Counted from the first letter of the stretch, positions 25,357-33,272 are shown. The stretch is DNA of 62,691 nt from Candidatus Elulimicrobium sp. (GCA_022730015.1 DZBU01000003.1:1-62691), one strand, 5' to 3'. Made by a program: numbers and translations. The notes: generated by a model from the letters alone, not told the origin.

Positions 25357-26718
25357 ATGACACATACAAATTTATTCAAAGCGCTCGGCTGGAAAGGCAC
25401 TTCTCATGATGCTGGAGAAGATGAGTTAACCCCTTGTCTCCCTGAGGTGCACCGTTCGATTGCGATTCCTTCAGAACTCTCTTTCTTTAAGAAATTAATG
25501 CTTTTTGCTGGGCCAGGGTTCTTGGTTGCAGTGGGCTACATGGACCCAGGTAACTGGGCAACCAGTCTGGCTGGAGGTTCAAAGTTCGGCTATACACTAC
25601 TTACGGTAGTTTTGATGTCTAGTATCTTTGCGATGATTTTACAACACCTTTCTCTTAAGCTGGGTATTGTAACGGGTCGTGACTTGGCGCAAATGTGTCG
25701 AGATAAATATCCGAAGCCAGTGGCAATTTTGCTCTGGATTATGGCAGAAATCATGATTATTGCGACTGACCTCGCAGAAGTTATTGGTTCTGCAATTGCG
25801 CTCTACTTGCTTTTCAATATTCCAATCTTCATTGGCGTATTAATTACTGCTCTCGATGTTCTTGTAATCCTCTTTTTGCAAAATAAGGGATTCCGTTACC
25901 TGGAGGCCTTGATCGTAGTCTTGATGGCTACAATTGTGGCAATCTTCGGGTTCCAACTGGTTGTGTCGGCTCCGGCGATTGCACCGCTCCTTGTTGGTTT
26001 TATTCCTACCTCACAAATTGTCTTTAATGCAGATATGCTTTACCTCGCTATCGGTATTATCGGTGCTACTGTAATGCCACACAACCTTTACCTTCACTCA
26101 GCCATCGTTCAGACACGTCGTTATGCGGAAACAAGTGAAGGTAAGAAAGAAGCTATCAAGTTCGCTACTATCGACTCAACTGCGGCTCTTTCGATGGCAC
26201 TCTTTGTAAACGCTTCAATCTTGATTCTTGCTGCTGCGGTATTCTTCACAAATGGTATCGGAGAAATCGCAGATATTGAAGAGGCTTACAAACTTCTTTC
26301 ACCATTGGTGGGGGTAAGTATTGCGAGTACCTTATTCGCAATTGCGCTCCTGGCCGCTGGACAAAATGCAACTGTGACGGGGACGCTTGCTGGACAGATT
26401 ATTATGGAGGGATTCATTAATCTCAGGGTCAAGCCGTGGGTGCGACGAATTATCACTCGCCTACTAGCGATTATTCCAGCCGTGGTATTCATTGGTCTCT
26501 ATGGTGCCAACGCCGCTACTGAGCTGCTTATTTTCAGTCAGGTGGTTTTAAGTCTCCAGCTCTCATTCGCCATCTTCCCGCTCCTTATGTTTACCGGAAG
26601 CAAGAAAATCATGGGAGAATTTGTGAACTCAAGAAAGTTAAATGTTATCTCGTGGATCATTGGTATAATCATCGCCTCGCTCAACTTATGGCTCCTCGGA
26701 AGTCTCTTCATTTGGTAG
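25357..26718 (+). CDS. mntH: Nramp-family divalent metal (Mn2+/Fe2+) transporter MntH
   Basis: 453 aa. GPGFLVAVGYMDPGNWATSLAGGSKFGY is the Nramp DPGN motif; also ATVMPHNLYLHS, and about 11 TM segments. Confidence 0.92.
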   Translation: MTHTNLFKALGWKGTSHDAGEDELTPCLPEVHRSIAIPSELSFFKKLMLFAGPGFLVAVGYMDPGNWATSLAGGSKFGYTLLTVVLMSSIFAMILQHLSLKLGIVTGRDLAQMCRDKYPKPVAILLWIMAEIMIIATDLAEVIGSAIALYLLFNIPIFIGVLITALDVLVILFLQNKGFRYLEALIVVLMATIVAIFGFQLVVSAPAIAPLLVGFIPTSQIVFNADMLYLAIGIIGATVMPHNLYLHSAIVQTRRYAETSEGKKEAIKFATIDSTAALSMALFVNASILILAAAVFFTNGIGEIADIEEAYKLLSPLVGVSIASTLFAIALLAAGQNATVTGTLAGQIIMEGFINLRVKPWVRRIITRLLAIIPAVVFIGLYGANAATELLIFSQVVLSLQLSFAIFPLLMFTGSKKIMGEFVNSRKLNVISWIIGIIIASLNLWLLGSLFIW

Positions 26719-26737
26719 AGTATAGAAAAGCATAACT

Positions 26738-26765
26738 AAAAAGACCACCTAAAGTGGTCTTTTTA
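26738..26765. terminator. Bidirectional terminator between convergent mntH and the DUF305 gene
   Basis: aaaaagaccac-ctaaa-gtggtctttttag. Confidence 0.75.
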
Positions 26766-26766
26766 G

Positions 26767-27438
26767 TTACAAACCTAAGAGTAATTTTTTCATTAAATCA
26801 ATCTCTTCCGTTTGTGTTTCAACAATCGCCTTGGTTAAGTCAGTCATTTCTCTGTGTTCTATATAGGGTTGTACACTTTGAGCCATCATCACTGCTCCCG
26901 TATGGTGCATCACCATATCTTCCAGAAATACTTTATCGAGTGCCGCTCCACTCAATGAGGAGAGGTCTCTCATCATCGGTGCATAAGCCTCAGGTCTGTC
27001 TACGTAAGGCTGTCCAAACCAACCTTGGTACCATTCTTTCATCATGGTAATTTCTTTCTCTTGAGCTGCCACAATGTCTTTTGCAAGCTTCTTGATTTCA
27101 GGAATTGAACCACCACGAGCGATAACTTCTTCGGCAGTATCAACTGCTTCTTGGTGATGAGGAATCATTCCTTCAAGAAACTCTCGTTCACTTTTAACCA
27201 TCATCATAGAGTGGTCCATTCCACTCATCATACCCATACTTGAATCAGCTTTATTTGCTTGAGATGTTGGGTTACCCATAAGTGAACCGTCTGACATACG
27301 ATGCATACCAGCCGGTACATCATCCTGTGTACCCATCTTCATTGGATTGTCGGTTGACTTTACGGTGAAGCTATAAGCAACCGATCCAATGACTATTACC
27401 ACCAGTCCAATAATTATTACGATTGATTGATTTTTCAT
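26767..27438 (-). CDS. DUF305 (ferritin-like four-helix) domain protein with a Met/His-rich N-terminal region
   Basis: 223 aa with an N-terminal TM. The Met-rich tract is SSMGMMSGMDHSMMMV. DUF305 motifs: FLEGMIPHHQEAVDTAE and FLEDMVMHHTGAVMMAQ. Confidence 0.75.
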   Translation of the reverse strand: MKNQSIVIIIGLVVIVIGSVAYSFTVKSTDNPMKMGTQDDVPAGMHRMSDGSLMGNPTSQANKADSSMGMMSGMDHSMMMVKSEREFLEGMIPHHQEAVDTAEEVIARGGSIPEIKKLAKDIVAAQEKEITMMKEWYQGWFGQPYVDRPEAYAPMMRDLSSLSGAALDKVFLEDMVMHHTGAVMMAQSVQPYIEHREMTDLTKAIVETQTEEIDLMKKLLLGL

Positions 27439-27448
27439 ATTTATTTTG

Positions 27449-27883
27449 CTACATGACCATAGTCATACTGTTAAACATCACGAGCATCCAGATACACATA
27501 AGAATCATAAAGCTAGCTTCAATAATTGTGATGGTCGAGAGTGGAAGTTTAAAATGGTTCCTAGGCAAACGCAGTGCAAAGTCTCCTTTTTCATCATTGA
27601 TTGCAAAACTCCATAAAGACCAGCGTGTATATAAACAGAGTGATGAGTGTCGCTGGGAGGATGAGGAGTTGGAAAATAAATCGGATAACTTAATAACTCC
27701 GAAGAATATCAGTACCCAACCCATCAAGTGAGACGTGTAGTCTGGATACACATGGAACGGTACGGTGTATAGAGAAAGTAAGGCTGTAATTATATAAATC
27801 AGCGCAATAGGCCAATATGCCCAGACACTTATGGATGCTGCGTGATGCATCTCTACTGTACTATTAGTTGATGGGTGGTGCAT
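27449..27883 (-). CDS. His-rich N-terminus membrane protein in the csoR operon; function unknown
   Basis: 144-aa ORF with MHHPSTNSTVEMHH at the N-terminus and TM segments at both ends. The Ser-rich hydrophilic middle is unusual. It lies 3 nt downstream of csoR. Confidence 0.4.
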   Translation of the reverse strand: MHHPSTNSTVEMHHAASISVWAYWPIALIYIITALLSLYTVPFHVYPDYTSHLMGWVLIFFGVIKLSDLFSNSSSSQRHSSLCLYTRWSLWSFAINDEKGDFALRLPRNHFKLPLSTITIIEASFMILMCIWMLVMFNSMTMVM

Positions 27884-27886
27884 ACT

Positions 27887-28150
27887 TTATTTTCGTTTTA
27901 AGCGGTACACTTTCAGTATTTCTTCAACTGGCTTTTTGACGTTTCCGGACTTAATTTGATTAGCAACACAATGCGAAATGTGTTCTTCAAGCAGTACGTT
28001 TTCAATATTTGAAAGTGCTTGCTTTACGGCTGAGGTTTGAGTAATAACATCAATACAATATGTATCTTTCTCAATCATACCTTGCAAACCACGCACTTGA
28101 CCTTCAATAATTTTAAGGCGACGAATTAATTTTTTATGCGATTCTTTCAT
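27887..28150 (-). CDS. csoR: CsoR/RcnR-family (DUF156) metal-sensing repressor with a Cu-type x-C-H-C ligand set
   Basis: 87 aa. Motifs: LKIIEGQVRGLQGMIEKDTYCIDVITQ...ALSNIENVLLEEHISHCV (Cys, then His-x3-Cys). Confidence 0.85.
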   Translation of the reverse strand: MKESHKKLIRRLKIIEGQVRGLQGMIEKDTYCIDVITQTSAVKQALSNIENVLLEEHISHCVANQIKSGNVKKPVEEILKVYRLKRK

Positions 28151-28159
28151 GTGTGAGAT

Positions 28160-28185
28160 AATAATACCCCCTAGGGGGTATTATT
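28160..28185. promoter_or_regulatory. Perfect 26-bp palindrome with a central C5/G5 tract; candidate CsoR operator overlapping a TATTAT -10 box
   Basis: AATAATACCCCCT/AGGGGGTATTATT, 10-35 nt upstream of the csoR ATG. Known CsoR operators are G/C-tract pseudo-palindromes flanked by TA-rich arms. Confidence 0.7.
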
Positions 28186-28199
28186 GGCAAGTAAAAGTC

Positions 28200-28227
28200 A
28201 AATACAGCTCCTTTGGGAGCTGTATTT
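28200..28227 (-). terminator. Terminator hairpin downstream of the tRNA-like element
   Basis: aaatacagctcc-tttg-ggagctgtattt; on the minus strand it is followed by gacttttac. Confidence 0.65.
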
Positions 28228-28254
28228 GTACGCGTTTCTCGTGCTAGCACGATT

Positions 28255-28389
28255 TGGCGGAGAGAGGGGGATTCGAAACTTACAGTTTCAGTACCCCAAT
28301 TGGCCAGTTTGTTTCGCTTCACTCACAAACTGGCTCAATCGGGCTTCGAATCCCCACAGAAGTGACATTTAGTCACTTCTTCACTCTCC
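28255..28389 (-). ncRNA. 135-nt tRNA-like, rod-shaped structured element with a tRNA-Ser-type acceptor stem, shared T-loop/3' half and an encoded CCA; not a canonical cloverleaf
   Basis: The 5' GGAGAG pairs with the 3' CUCUCC, followed by G-CCA. About 21 nt of the 3' portion (UUCGAAUCCCCCUCUCUCCGC) are identical to the neighbouring tRNA-Ser. The interior forms perfect helices: GAAGUGAC/GUCACUUC, GGGGAUUCGAAGC/GUUUCGAAUCCCC and CCAGUUUGU/ACAAACUGG. Confidence 0.5.
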
Positions 28390-28393
28390 GCGA

Positions 28394-28427
28394 ACAAAAT
28401 ATGCGCCCTTGCGGGACGCTATTTTGT
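28394..28427 (-). terminator. Terminator-like hairpin immediately 3' of tRNA-Ser
   Basis: acaaaatatgcgccc-ttgc-gggacgctattttgt (one bulge); on the minus strand it ends in attttgt. Confidence 0.55.
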
Positions 28428-28432
28428 ACTCG

Positions 28433-28519
28433 CGGAGAGAGGGGGATTCGAACCCCCGAGGAGCTTTCGCCCCTGCCGCCTTTCCAAGGCGGTACATTCA
28501 ACCGCTCTGCCATCTCTCC
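28433..28519 (-). tRNA. tRNA-Ser (anticodon GGA), class II with a long variable arm; CCA not encoded
   Basis: Hand-folded sequence: GGAGAGA-UG-GCAGAGCGGUUGAAUGUA-CCGCC-UUGGAAA-GGCGG-CAGGGGCGAAAGCUCCUC-GGGGG-UUCGAAU-CCCCC-UCUCUCC-G. Confidence 0.9.
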
Positions 28520-28531
28520 AAACTTGAAATG

Positions 28532-29548
28532 TTATAACACATCTTTTCGACCGATAATATCCTCAACCAACAATAAGCTGCGCCAAAGGGGACGGATCAA
28601 CGAACAGGCATACTCTCTTATGTGTTTAGGTTTTGTTGAACTCGTGCTAAAGCCCACCTTGATTGATACTTCTGGAAGCAACATAAAAAATGTATCTCCT
28701 TTAAAGGCGATTCTGATGTTTAACTTATGTTCCTGCCACCAAACATAGAGATCACTCATGAATTCTGGCGTCAGAATCTCACGCGCGGCAACTGGATCAG
28801 TGGAAGCGACATGGAGTTTCTTTTCAAAATCATTCCACTCAAGAACGGTTTCTTGCACTCGATGTTGCCCCAAAAGATCAGACCAAAAAGTCAGATGCGC
28901 AAACCCCACTCGATCGTTCTCAGTTGAAATATAAGTTTCAGCCGAGTGAGTAAATGGTAGCTTCGCCACAATGAATGCTCCCTTGAAAAGCTCAACCGTC
29001 TCACTGGAATTATTTTGACGTGACTGTTGCTTAGTGACCACAAGCTCACGGAGAGAAAGTTCGGTCGTACCAAAGGTAGTCAGCATATCGTCTGAGATGA
29101 TCTCGATCCCCTCAACGGTCATCAGTGACGATGCTGAGAGCAGCTGTTTTGTTTCTTCCCGATGATCAACATCATAGGTATACATTACAGTCCGATTGAG
29201 TGTTGTTGAGACGATCGGCATCAGCGCCATATTTATTTCTTTAGCAAGGAGCTTGCTATCGGTAAACCAGCGACGAGCTGAGACCAGCACAACAAGCAAC
29301 CAAAGTATGGCGCAAACAACAAAAACATTCCACACTAAACTGGAGTGTTTCCCCTCAATAAAATAAAGTGAGAAGAGGATCGCAATAGCAAAAAGCCCTG
29401 CCACCAGCGCATACCGTCGACTACCGATCACCACCTCACGACGCACATGCGTAGACGATATAAAATCACCATAACTGCTCTGCAAGACCGCATCAAAGCG
29501 TTGCCTGAGAATATCAATATTTGGTATTTGTTGCTTGATACGATCCAT
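28532..29548 (-). CDS. DUF3137-like membrane protein (tentative)
   Basis: 338 aa with two N-terminal TM segments followed by a soluble domain. ...FEKKLHVASTDPVAAREILTPEFMSDLYVWW... resembles the DUF3137 pattern. It lies 3 nt downstream of htpX. Confidence 0.55.
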   Translation of the reverse strand: MDRIKQQIPNIDILRQRFDAVLQSSYGDFISSTHVRREVVIGSRRYALVAGLFAIAILFSLYFIEGKHSSLVWNVFVVCAILWLLVVLVSARRWFTDSKLLAKEINMALMPIVSTTLNRTVMYTYDVDHREETKQLLSASSLMTVEGIEIISDDMLTTFGTTELSLRELVVTKQQSRQNNSSETVELFKGAFIVAKLPFTHSAETYISTENDRVGFAHLTFWSDLLGQHRVQETVLEWNDFEKKLHVASTDPVAAREILTPEFMSDLYVWWQEHKLNIRIAFKGDTFFMLLPEVSIKVGFSTSSTKPKHIREYACSLIRPLWRSLLLVEDIIGRKDVL

Positions 29549-29550
29549 GT

Positions 29551-30441
29551 CTATCCTCCCATTTCACGAAGTCGACGAATCCGATCTGAAGCAGGTGGAT
29601 GAGTCTGAAAAAGTGCGCTGATCTTTTGTCCGATTCCTTGTTTCCTATCTTGAAAAGGATCAGAAATGAAGAGGTGCGCTGTAGCGTGCGAAACATGACG
29701 CATTGGTTGTGCTTGACCACTGATCTTCTCTAGGGCAGAAGCTAGACCTTCTGGGTAACGAGTCAGTAATGCGCCAGTGGCGTCAGCGAGATATTCACGC
29801 TTACGAGAAATCGCCAGCTGAATGAGTTTGGCTGCAAGTGGCGCAAGAATAATACCGATTATTCCGATAATAAGAAAGGCTGGATGACGATTACGATTGT
29901 CACCAAACATAAGAGTGCGAGTAAAGAAGTCGGCGATAATAGCAACAAAACCTGCCAAAACGACAGCGACAGTCATTACCAACATGTCTCGATTACCAAT
30001 ATGAGCCAACTCGTGTGCCATCACCCCTTCTAGTTCGGTACGATCAAGAATCTGCAGAAGACCGGTCGTTGCGGCCACGACCGCGTGTTCTGGGTCCCGT
30101 CCCGTTGCAAATGCATTTGGAGAAGGATCATTCACCAGATAAACCCTTGGCATAGGCAATCCAGCCGTGATCGCAAGATTTTCTACTACATTATAGAGCT
30201 CAGGTGCTTGTTCTTTTGTCACTGGGTGCGCGTTGGTCATTTTGAGAACAAGCTTGTCTGAATACCAGTAACTACCGACACTAGTAAGGACCGCAAGCGC
30301 TGCACCAATGTACAAAATGAGCGAATTTCCTATATACCACGCTACTGCGTAGCTTATAGCAATAACCATTACTAAAAATACCCCCATAAGCATAATGGTT
30401 TTTGTTACATTGCTTGATTGTTGCGTATACAGAGTAGACAT
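29551..30441 (-). CDS. htpX: M48-family zinc metalloprotease HtpX
   Basis: 296 aa with HELAHIGNRD (HExxH), four TM segments and the collinear HtpX pattern (NAFATG, REYLADA). Confidence 0.9.
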   Translation of the reverse strand: MSTLYTQQSSNVTKTIMLMGVFLVMVIAISYAVAWYIGNSLILYIGAALAVLTSVGSYWYSDKLVLKMTNAHPVTKEQAPELYNVVENLAITAGLPMPRVYLVNDPSPNAFATGRDPEHAVVAATTGLLQILDRTELEGVMAHELAHIGNRDMLVMTVAVVLAGFVAIIADFFTRTLMFGDNRNRHPAFLIIGIIGIILAPLAAKLIQLAISRKREYLADATGALLTRYPEGLASALEKISGQAQPMRHVSHATAHLFISDPFQDRKQGIGQKISALFQTHPPASDRIRRLREMGG

Positions 30442-30487
30442 AATGACAGTCGTTCAATCGTTAATTTCTTTACTTTCCTAGTACGTA

Positions 30488-30871
30488 CTAAAGTGGAATT
30501 CCTTGCACACTCTCATTGGAACGGTAATCAACATCAGCTGACCAGTTGAGAAAATACCCATGCTTGTAACCGCCTTTTTTGATCAAATTATCCTTGCGAA
30601 CTTCGATTAATTCTTCTTTACTGATCTCGAGCTGACGGATAAGAGTTTCGAGTACCACCATAAGATCACTGTACTCTTCCAGGAACTCCTCCTTCGTACG
30701 ACTCATTGACAGAGAAGCTGCCTCTTCTTTGATTTTCTTAAAAAGCTCTTGCTGTAATTCCTGCACGTCAGTGATCTTTCGATACTCACACTGCTGATGC
30801 TTCGCTTCGATCTTGGCTGGCACATTGTCACGTATCAGCTTGTTGTAATAAACACGATTAATCTCTGACAT
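30488..30871 (-). CDS. MazG-like / phosphoribosyl-ATP-pyrophosphohydrolase-like NTP pyrophosphatase (predicted house-cleaning enzyme)
   Basis: 127 aa. YNKLIRDNVPAKIEAK... followed by an all-alpha EE-rich segment (EEFLEEYSDLMVVLETL). Confidence 0.6.
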   Translation of the reverse strand: MSEINRVYYNKLIRDNVPAKIEAKHQQCEYRKITDVQELQQELFKKIKEEAASLSMSRTKEEFLEEYSDLMVVLETLIRQLEISKEELIEVRKDNLIKKGGYKHGYFLNWSADVDYRSNESVQGIPL

Positions 30872-30904
30872 ATAAACAATAATACTACGAGTAACAGGAG
30901 AATC

Positions 30905-32677
30905 CTACCAAGAACCCCCACCTCCCCCACCACCACCTCCGCCCGAATGACCACCACCTGAGGATCCACTTTTGCCTGTAGAGGTGCTCAATGATGTCGA
31001 GAACGAGCCTAGCCCTGCCGCAAAAGCCGTAGCACTAAAGTGTCCCCCGGTATCAGCTTGGTACCAGTTTGGCGGTGTTATCTGAATATCTTTAAATACC
31101 TCTGCCCATTCTTGCTCCACCCCAAAAGCGATGGCGTAGGGTAGGTATTCCATGAATTTTTCCGGACTGAGCGCAGGGGCGTTATGAAATTTGTAGCGCT
31201 CTTTTTCTGTCGTGGAAAGAAAATCTTTAAAGCCCTTGAGGTAATTGAGTGCTTCGTAGCCCTTTTTGGTTCTTCGCTCGGACGCCAAAAAAAACCAAAG
31301 CAGGGCAGTCACAAAGAATGAAACACCTAGAAGCTGTGTGAAAAGAGCGCTTTTCACATACGAACTCACATCTATCGATTCGACTCCGTAGTAGTAGAAA
31401 AAGAAAAATAGTGCAGTGAGAATACCAGACACCAAAGGAACCACGATCAGAAGCATCAGCCTGACCGTTCGACTGAAACGTTGCTCGATAAAACCTTTTT
31501 CAAGTATATCCCTTTCTACGGCTTTATTAAGTTTCTGAAGAATTTTTTGATTAGCCAACAACTTTGAATTGTTACTTTTAACATCAGACAACTTAATTAC
31601 CTCCCTGCCTACTTCAGGTGCACGGAATAGTAACCCCGCAATCTCATCATCAAATGACAGATCGTTATGTAGTATGGGTTTTTGCAACTTAACCTCGTGA
31701 TCTTTTACGTTAAAGAACAACACCTTTTCTGTTGTTTGTTTTATTTGGATATAGCCGCGCTGCGCCAAATAGATAATTGCTGCTGTAATATCGCGCTGGT
31801 CTAGCCTTCTATCAAAAAGTACTCCTGTAAACATCGGTTTAAATTCCGATAAGGGTTCGTACTGTGCAATAACCGGTAGCTTTGTGCGGTATTTAAAGTG
31901 CCACTTATATGCCCAGACAGAAAAACCAACAAACCAACACGCAAGAGCAATAAAAGCAATCCAGAAAAAGTTAACTTGTTCGAGTACAACGATATCTCTT
32001 CCATACTGTAATCGTTGTGCCACCGTAACTCCCATACCAGCCACTAATCCTTCCTCCCAGGCAAAACGAGTCTCTTCTGACGTGTGCTTGGTCAAACAGT
32101 TCTGCGCACTCCCGGTAAAGCCGACATAACAATCTGCCACTTCTGTCAGACCATTCTCCCACTCTGTATGTAGTGTGACCAATACTTTTTCCATGAATAC
32201 TGGCCACTCATCGCCAGTTACGTTCCAGTACACTTCTATGCCATCTGGATATTCTGCCAAGCCGCCCTCAACCCTATAAACGATCTGGTACGTATGTGGA
32301 CCAGTGATAGTGCGATTCGCATCACCGATCTTTACCGACAAACCGTTATATGACTCTAGCGTGTACGGTTCTGGCTGGCCGTCTCTAGTGACTGAAAGAA
32401 GACCCAGATCGATATAGCGAGTCTTATACCAAACAGAGGCCTCCTGCGGGTGCTTATCTTTGATGTTACGAAAGATGCCATGCCGAGACTCCAGCTCAAA
32501 ATCATAGACAATGGTCTCAGTGACTGTGAAGGAACTGTCTTCATTGATGACAATATCAGAGTTGAATGAACGAATGATCTCGGCACTAGCAATAGAAATG
32601 AGCGCCGCCCAAAGGGCGGCGCTCAAAGCTAGTACAGCAGCGGTGCTTCGAACAATTTGTCCCGCTGACTGAAACAT
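30905..32677 (-). CDS. DUF2207-family membrane protein with a C-terminal poly-Gly tail
   Basis: 590 aa. IRSFNSDIVINEDSSFTVTETIVYDF...HGIFRNI is the DUF2207 N-terminal pattern. It has central TM segments and the tail SGSSGGGHSGGGGGGGGGGSW. It lies 10 nt downstream of lemA. Confidence 0.75.
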   Translation of the reverse strand: MFQSAGQIVRSTAAVLALSAALWAALISIASAEIIRSFNSDIVINEDSSFTVTETIVYDFELESRHGIFRNIKDKHPQEASVWYKTRYIDLGLLSVTRDGQPEPYTLESYNGLSVKIGDANRTITGPHTYQIVYRVEGGLAEYPDGIEVYWNVTGDEWPVFMEKVLVTLHTEWENGLTEVADCYVGFTGSAQNCLTKHTSEETRFAWEEGLVAGMGVTVAQRLQYGRDIVVLEQVNFFWIAFIALACWFVGFSVWAYKWHFKYRTKLPVIAQYEPLSEFKPMFTGVLFDRRLDQRDITAAIIYLAQRGYIQIKQTTEKVLFFNVKDHEVKLQKPILHNDLSFDDEIAGLLFRAPEVGREVIKLSDVKSNNSKLLANQKILQKLNKAVERDILEKGFIEQRFSRTVRLMLLIVVPLVSGILTALFFFFYYYGVESIDVSSYVKSALFTQLLGVSFFVTALLWFFLASERRTKKGYEALNYLKGFKDFLSTTEKERYKFHNAPALSPEKFMEYLPYAIAFGVEQEWAEVFKDIQITPPNWYQADTGGHFSATAFAAGLGSFSTSLSTSTGKSGSSGGGHSGGGGGGGGGGSW

Positions 32678-32687
32678 GATCGAGGAA

Positions 32688-33272
32688 CTAGAAGCTTACC
32701 TTCACTGGTTCACGTTCTTGACTATCCTCAGCAAGTTCAAAGAATTCCTCTGCCTTGAAATTAAAGGAGCTCCCTACAATATTCGACGGGAATGACTGCA
32801 GAGCGATATTAAGATCGCGTACATTGCCGTTGTAGAAACGGCGAGCAGCCTGAATCTTGTTCTCGGTATCTGAGAGTTCACGTTGTAGCTCAAGGAAGTT
32901 GGTATTAGCCTTAAGATCCGGGTAATTCTCTGCGATTGCAAGAAGGCGTCCGAGCGCACCAGTGAGCGCCGACTCGGCTCCCGCCATAGCCGCGATCTGC
33001 TCTGGAGTAATGTTTGAAGGATCAACGTGAGTCTGGGTCGCTTGCGCCCTGGCCTGAGTCACCTGATCAAGCGTTTCTCGTTCATGAGCAGCGTATCCCT
33101 TCACTGTTTCAATCAGATTAGGAATGAGGTCGTAGCGACGCTTGAGCTGCACATCAATGTCAGCCCATGCTTCTTTCGCTCGCTGAGTAAGTTTTACAAA
33201 ATTGTTGTAAGCATAGATCACGTATAATGCAATCACTACTGCCGCAACAATCAAAATCCACATTACGTTCAT
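32688..33272 (-). CDS. lemA: LemA family protein
   Basis: 194 aa with an N-terminal TM. Motifs: YNNFVKLTQRAKEAWADIDVQLKRRYDLIPNLIETVKGYAAHERETL and AARRFYNGNVRDLN. Confidence 0.9.
   Translation of the reverse strand: MNVMWILIVAAVVIALYVIYAYNNFVKLTQRAKEAWADIDVQLKRRYDLIPNLIETVKGYAAHERETLDQVTQARAQATQTHVDPSNITPEQIAAMAGAESALTGALGRLLAIAENYPDLKANTNFLELQRELSDTENKIQAARRFYNGNVRDLNIALQSFPSNIVGSSFNFKAEEFFELAEDSQEREPVKVSF

Noticed and set aside
27560-27660. Possible frameshift in the 144-aa csoR-operon membrane ORF. An alternative frame encodes the TM-like peptide LPATLITLFIYTLVFMEFC where the annotated frame is Ser-rich and hydrophilic.
   Set aside because: The alternative frame terminates after 21 codons, and two compensating shifts would be needed. 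The evidence is too weak to call a pseudogene without read data or homologues.
28255-28389. Interpreting the tRNA-like element as a second genuine tRNA (Ser, Sec or intron-containing), as tmRNA, or as a simple att-site duplication.
   Set aside because: No D-arm or anticodon arm can be drawn and the T-stem 5' half is missing, which rules out a cloverleaf. It lacks the tmRNA hallmarks (GGGG 5' end, G3:U70, a tag ORF). A plain att duplication would not retain the complementary 5' acceptor half. I keep it as an unexplained ncRNA-like element.
28134-28748. ORFs 28134-28322 (-), 28184-28372 (+) and 28254-28748 (+) across the tRNA region.
   Set aside because: They run through tRNA-Ser, the tRNA-like element, the operator palindrome and terminators. 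They start at non-ATG codons and their translations have no protein-like features.
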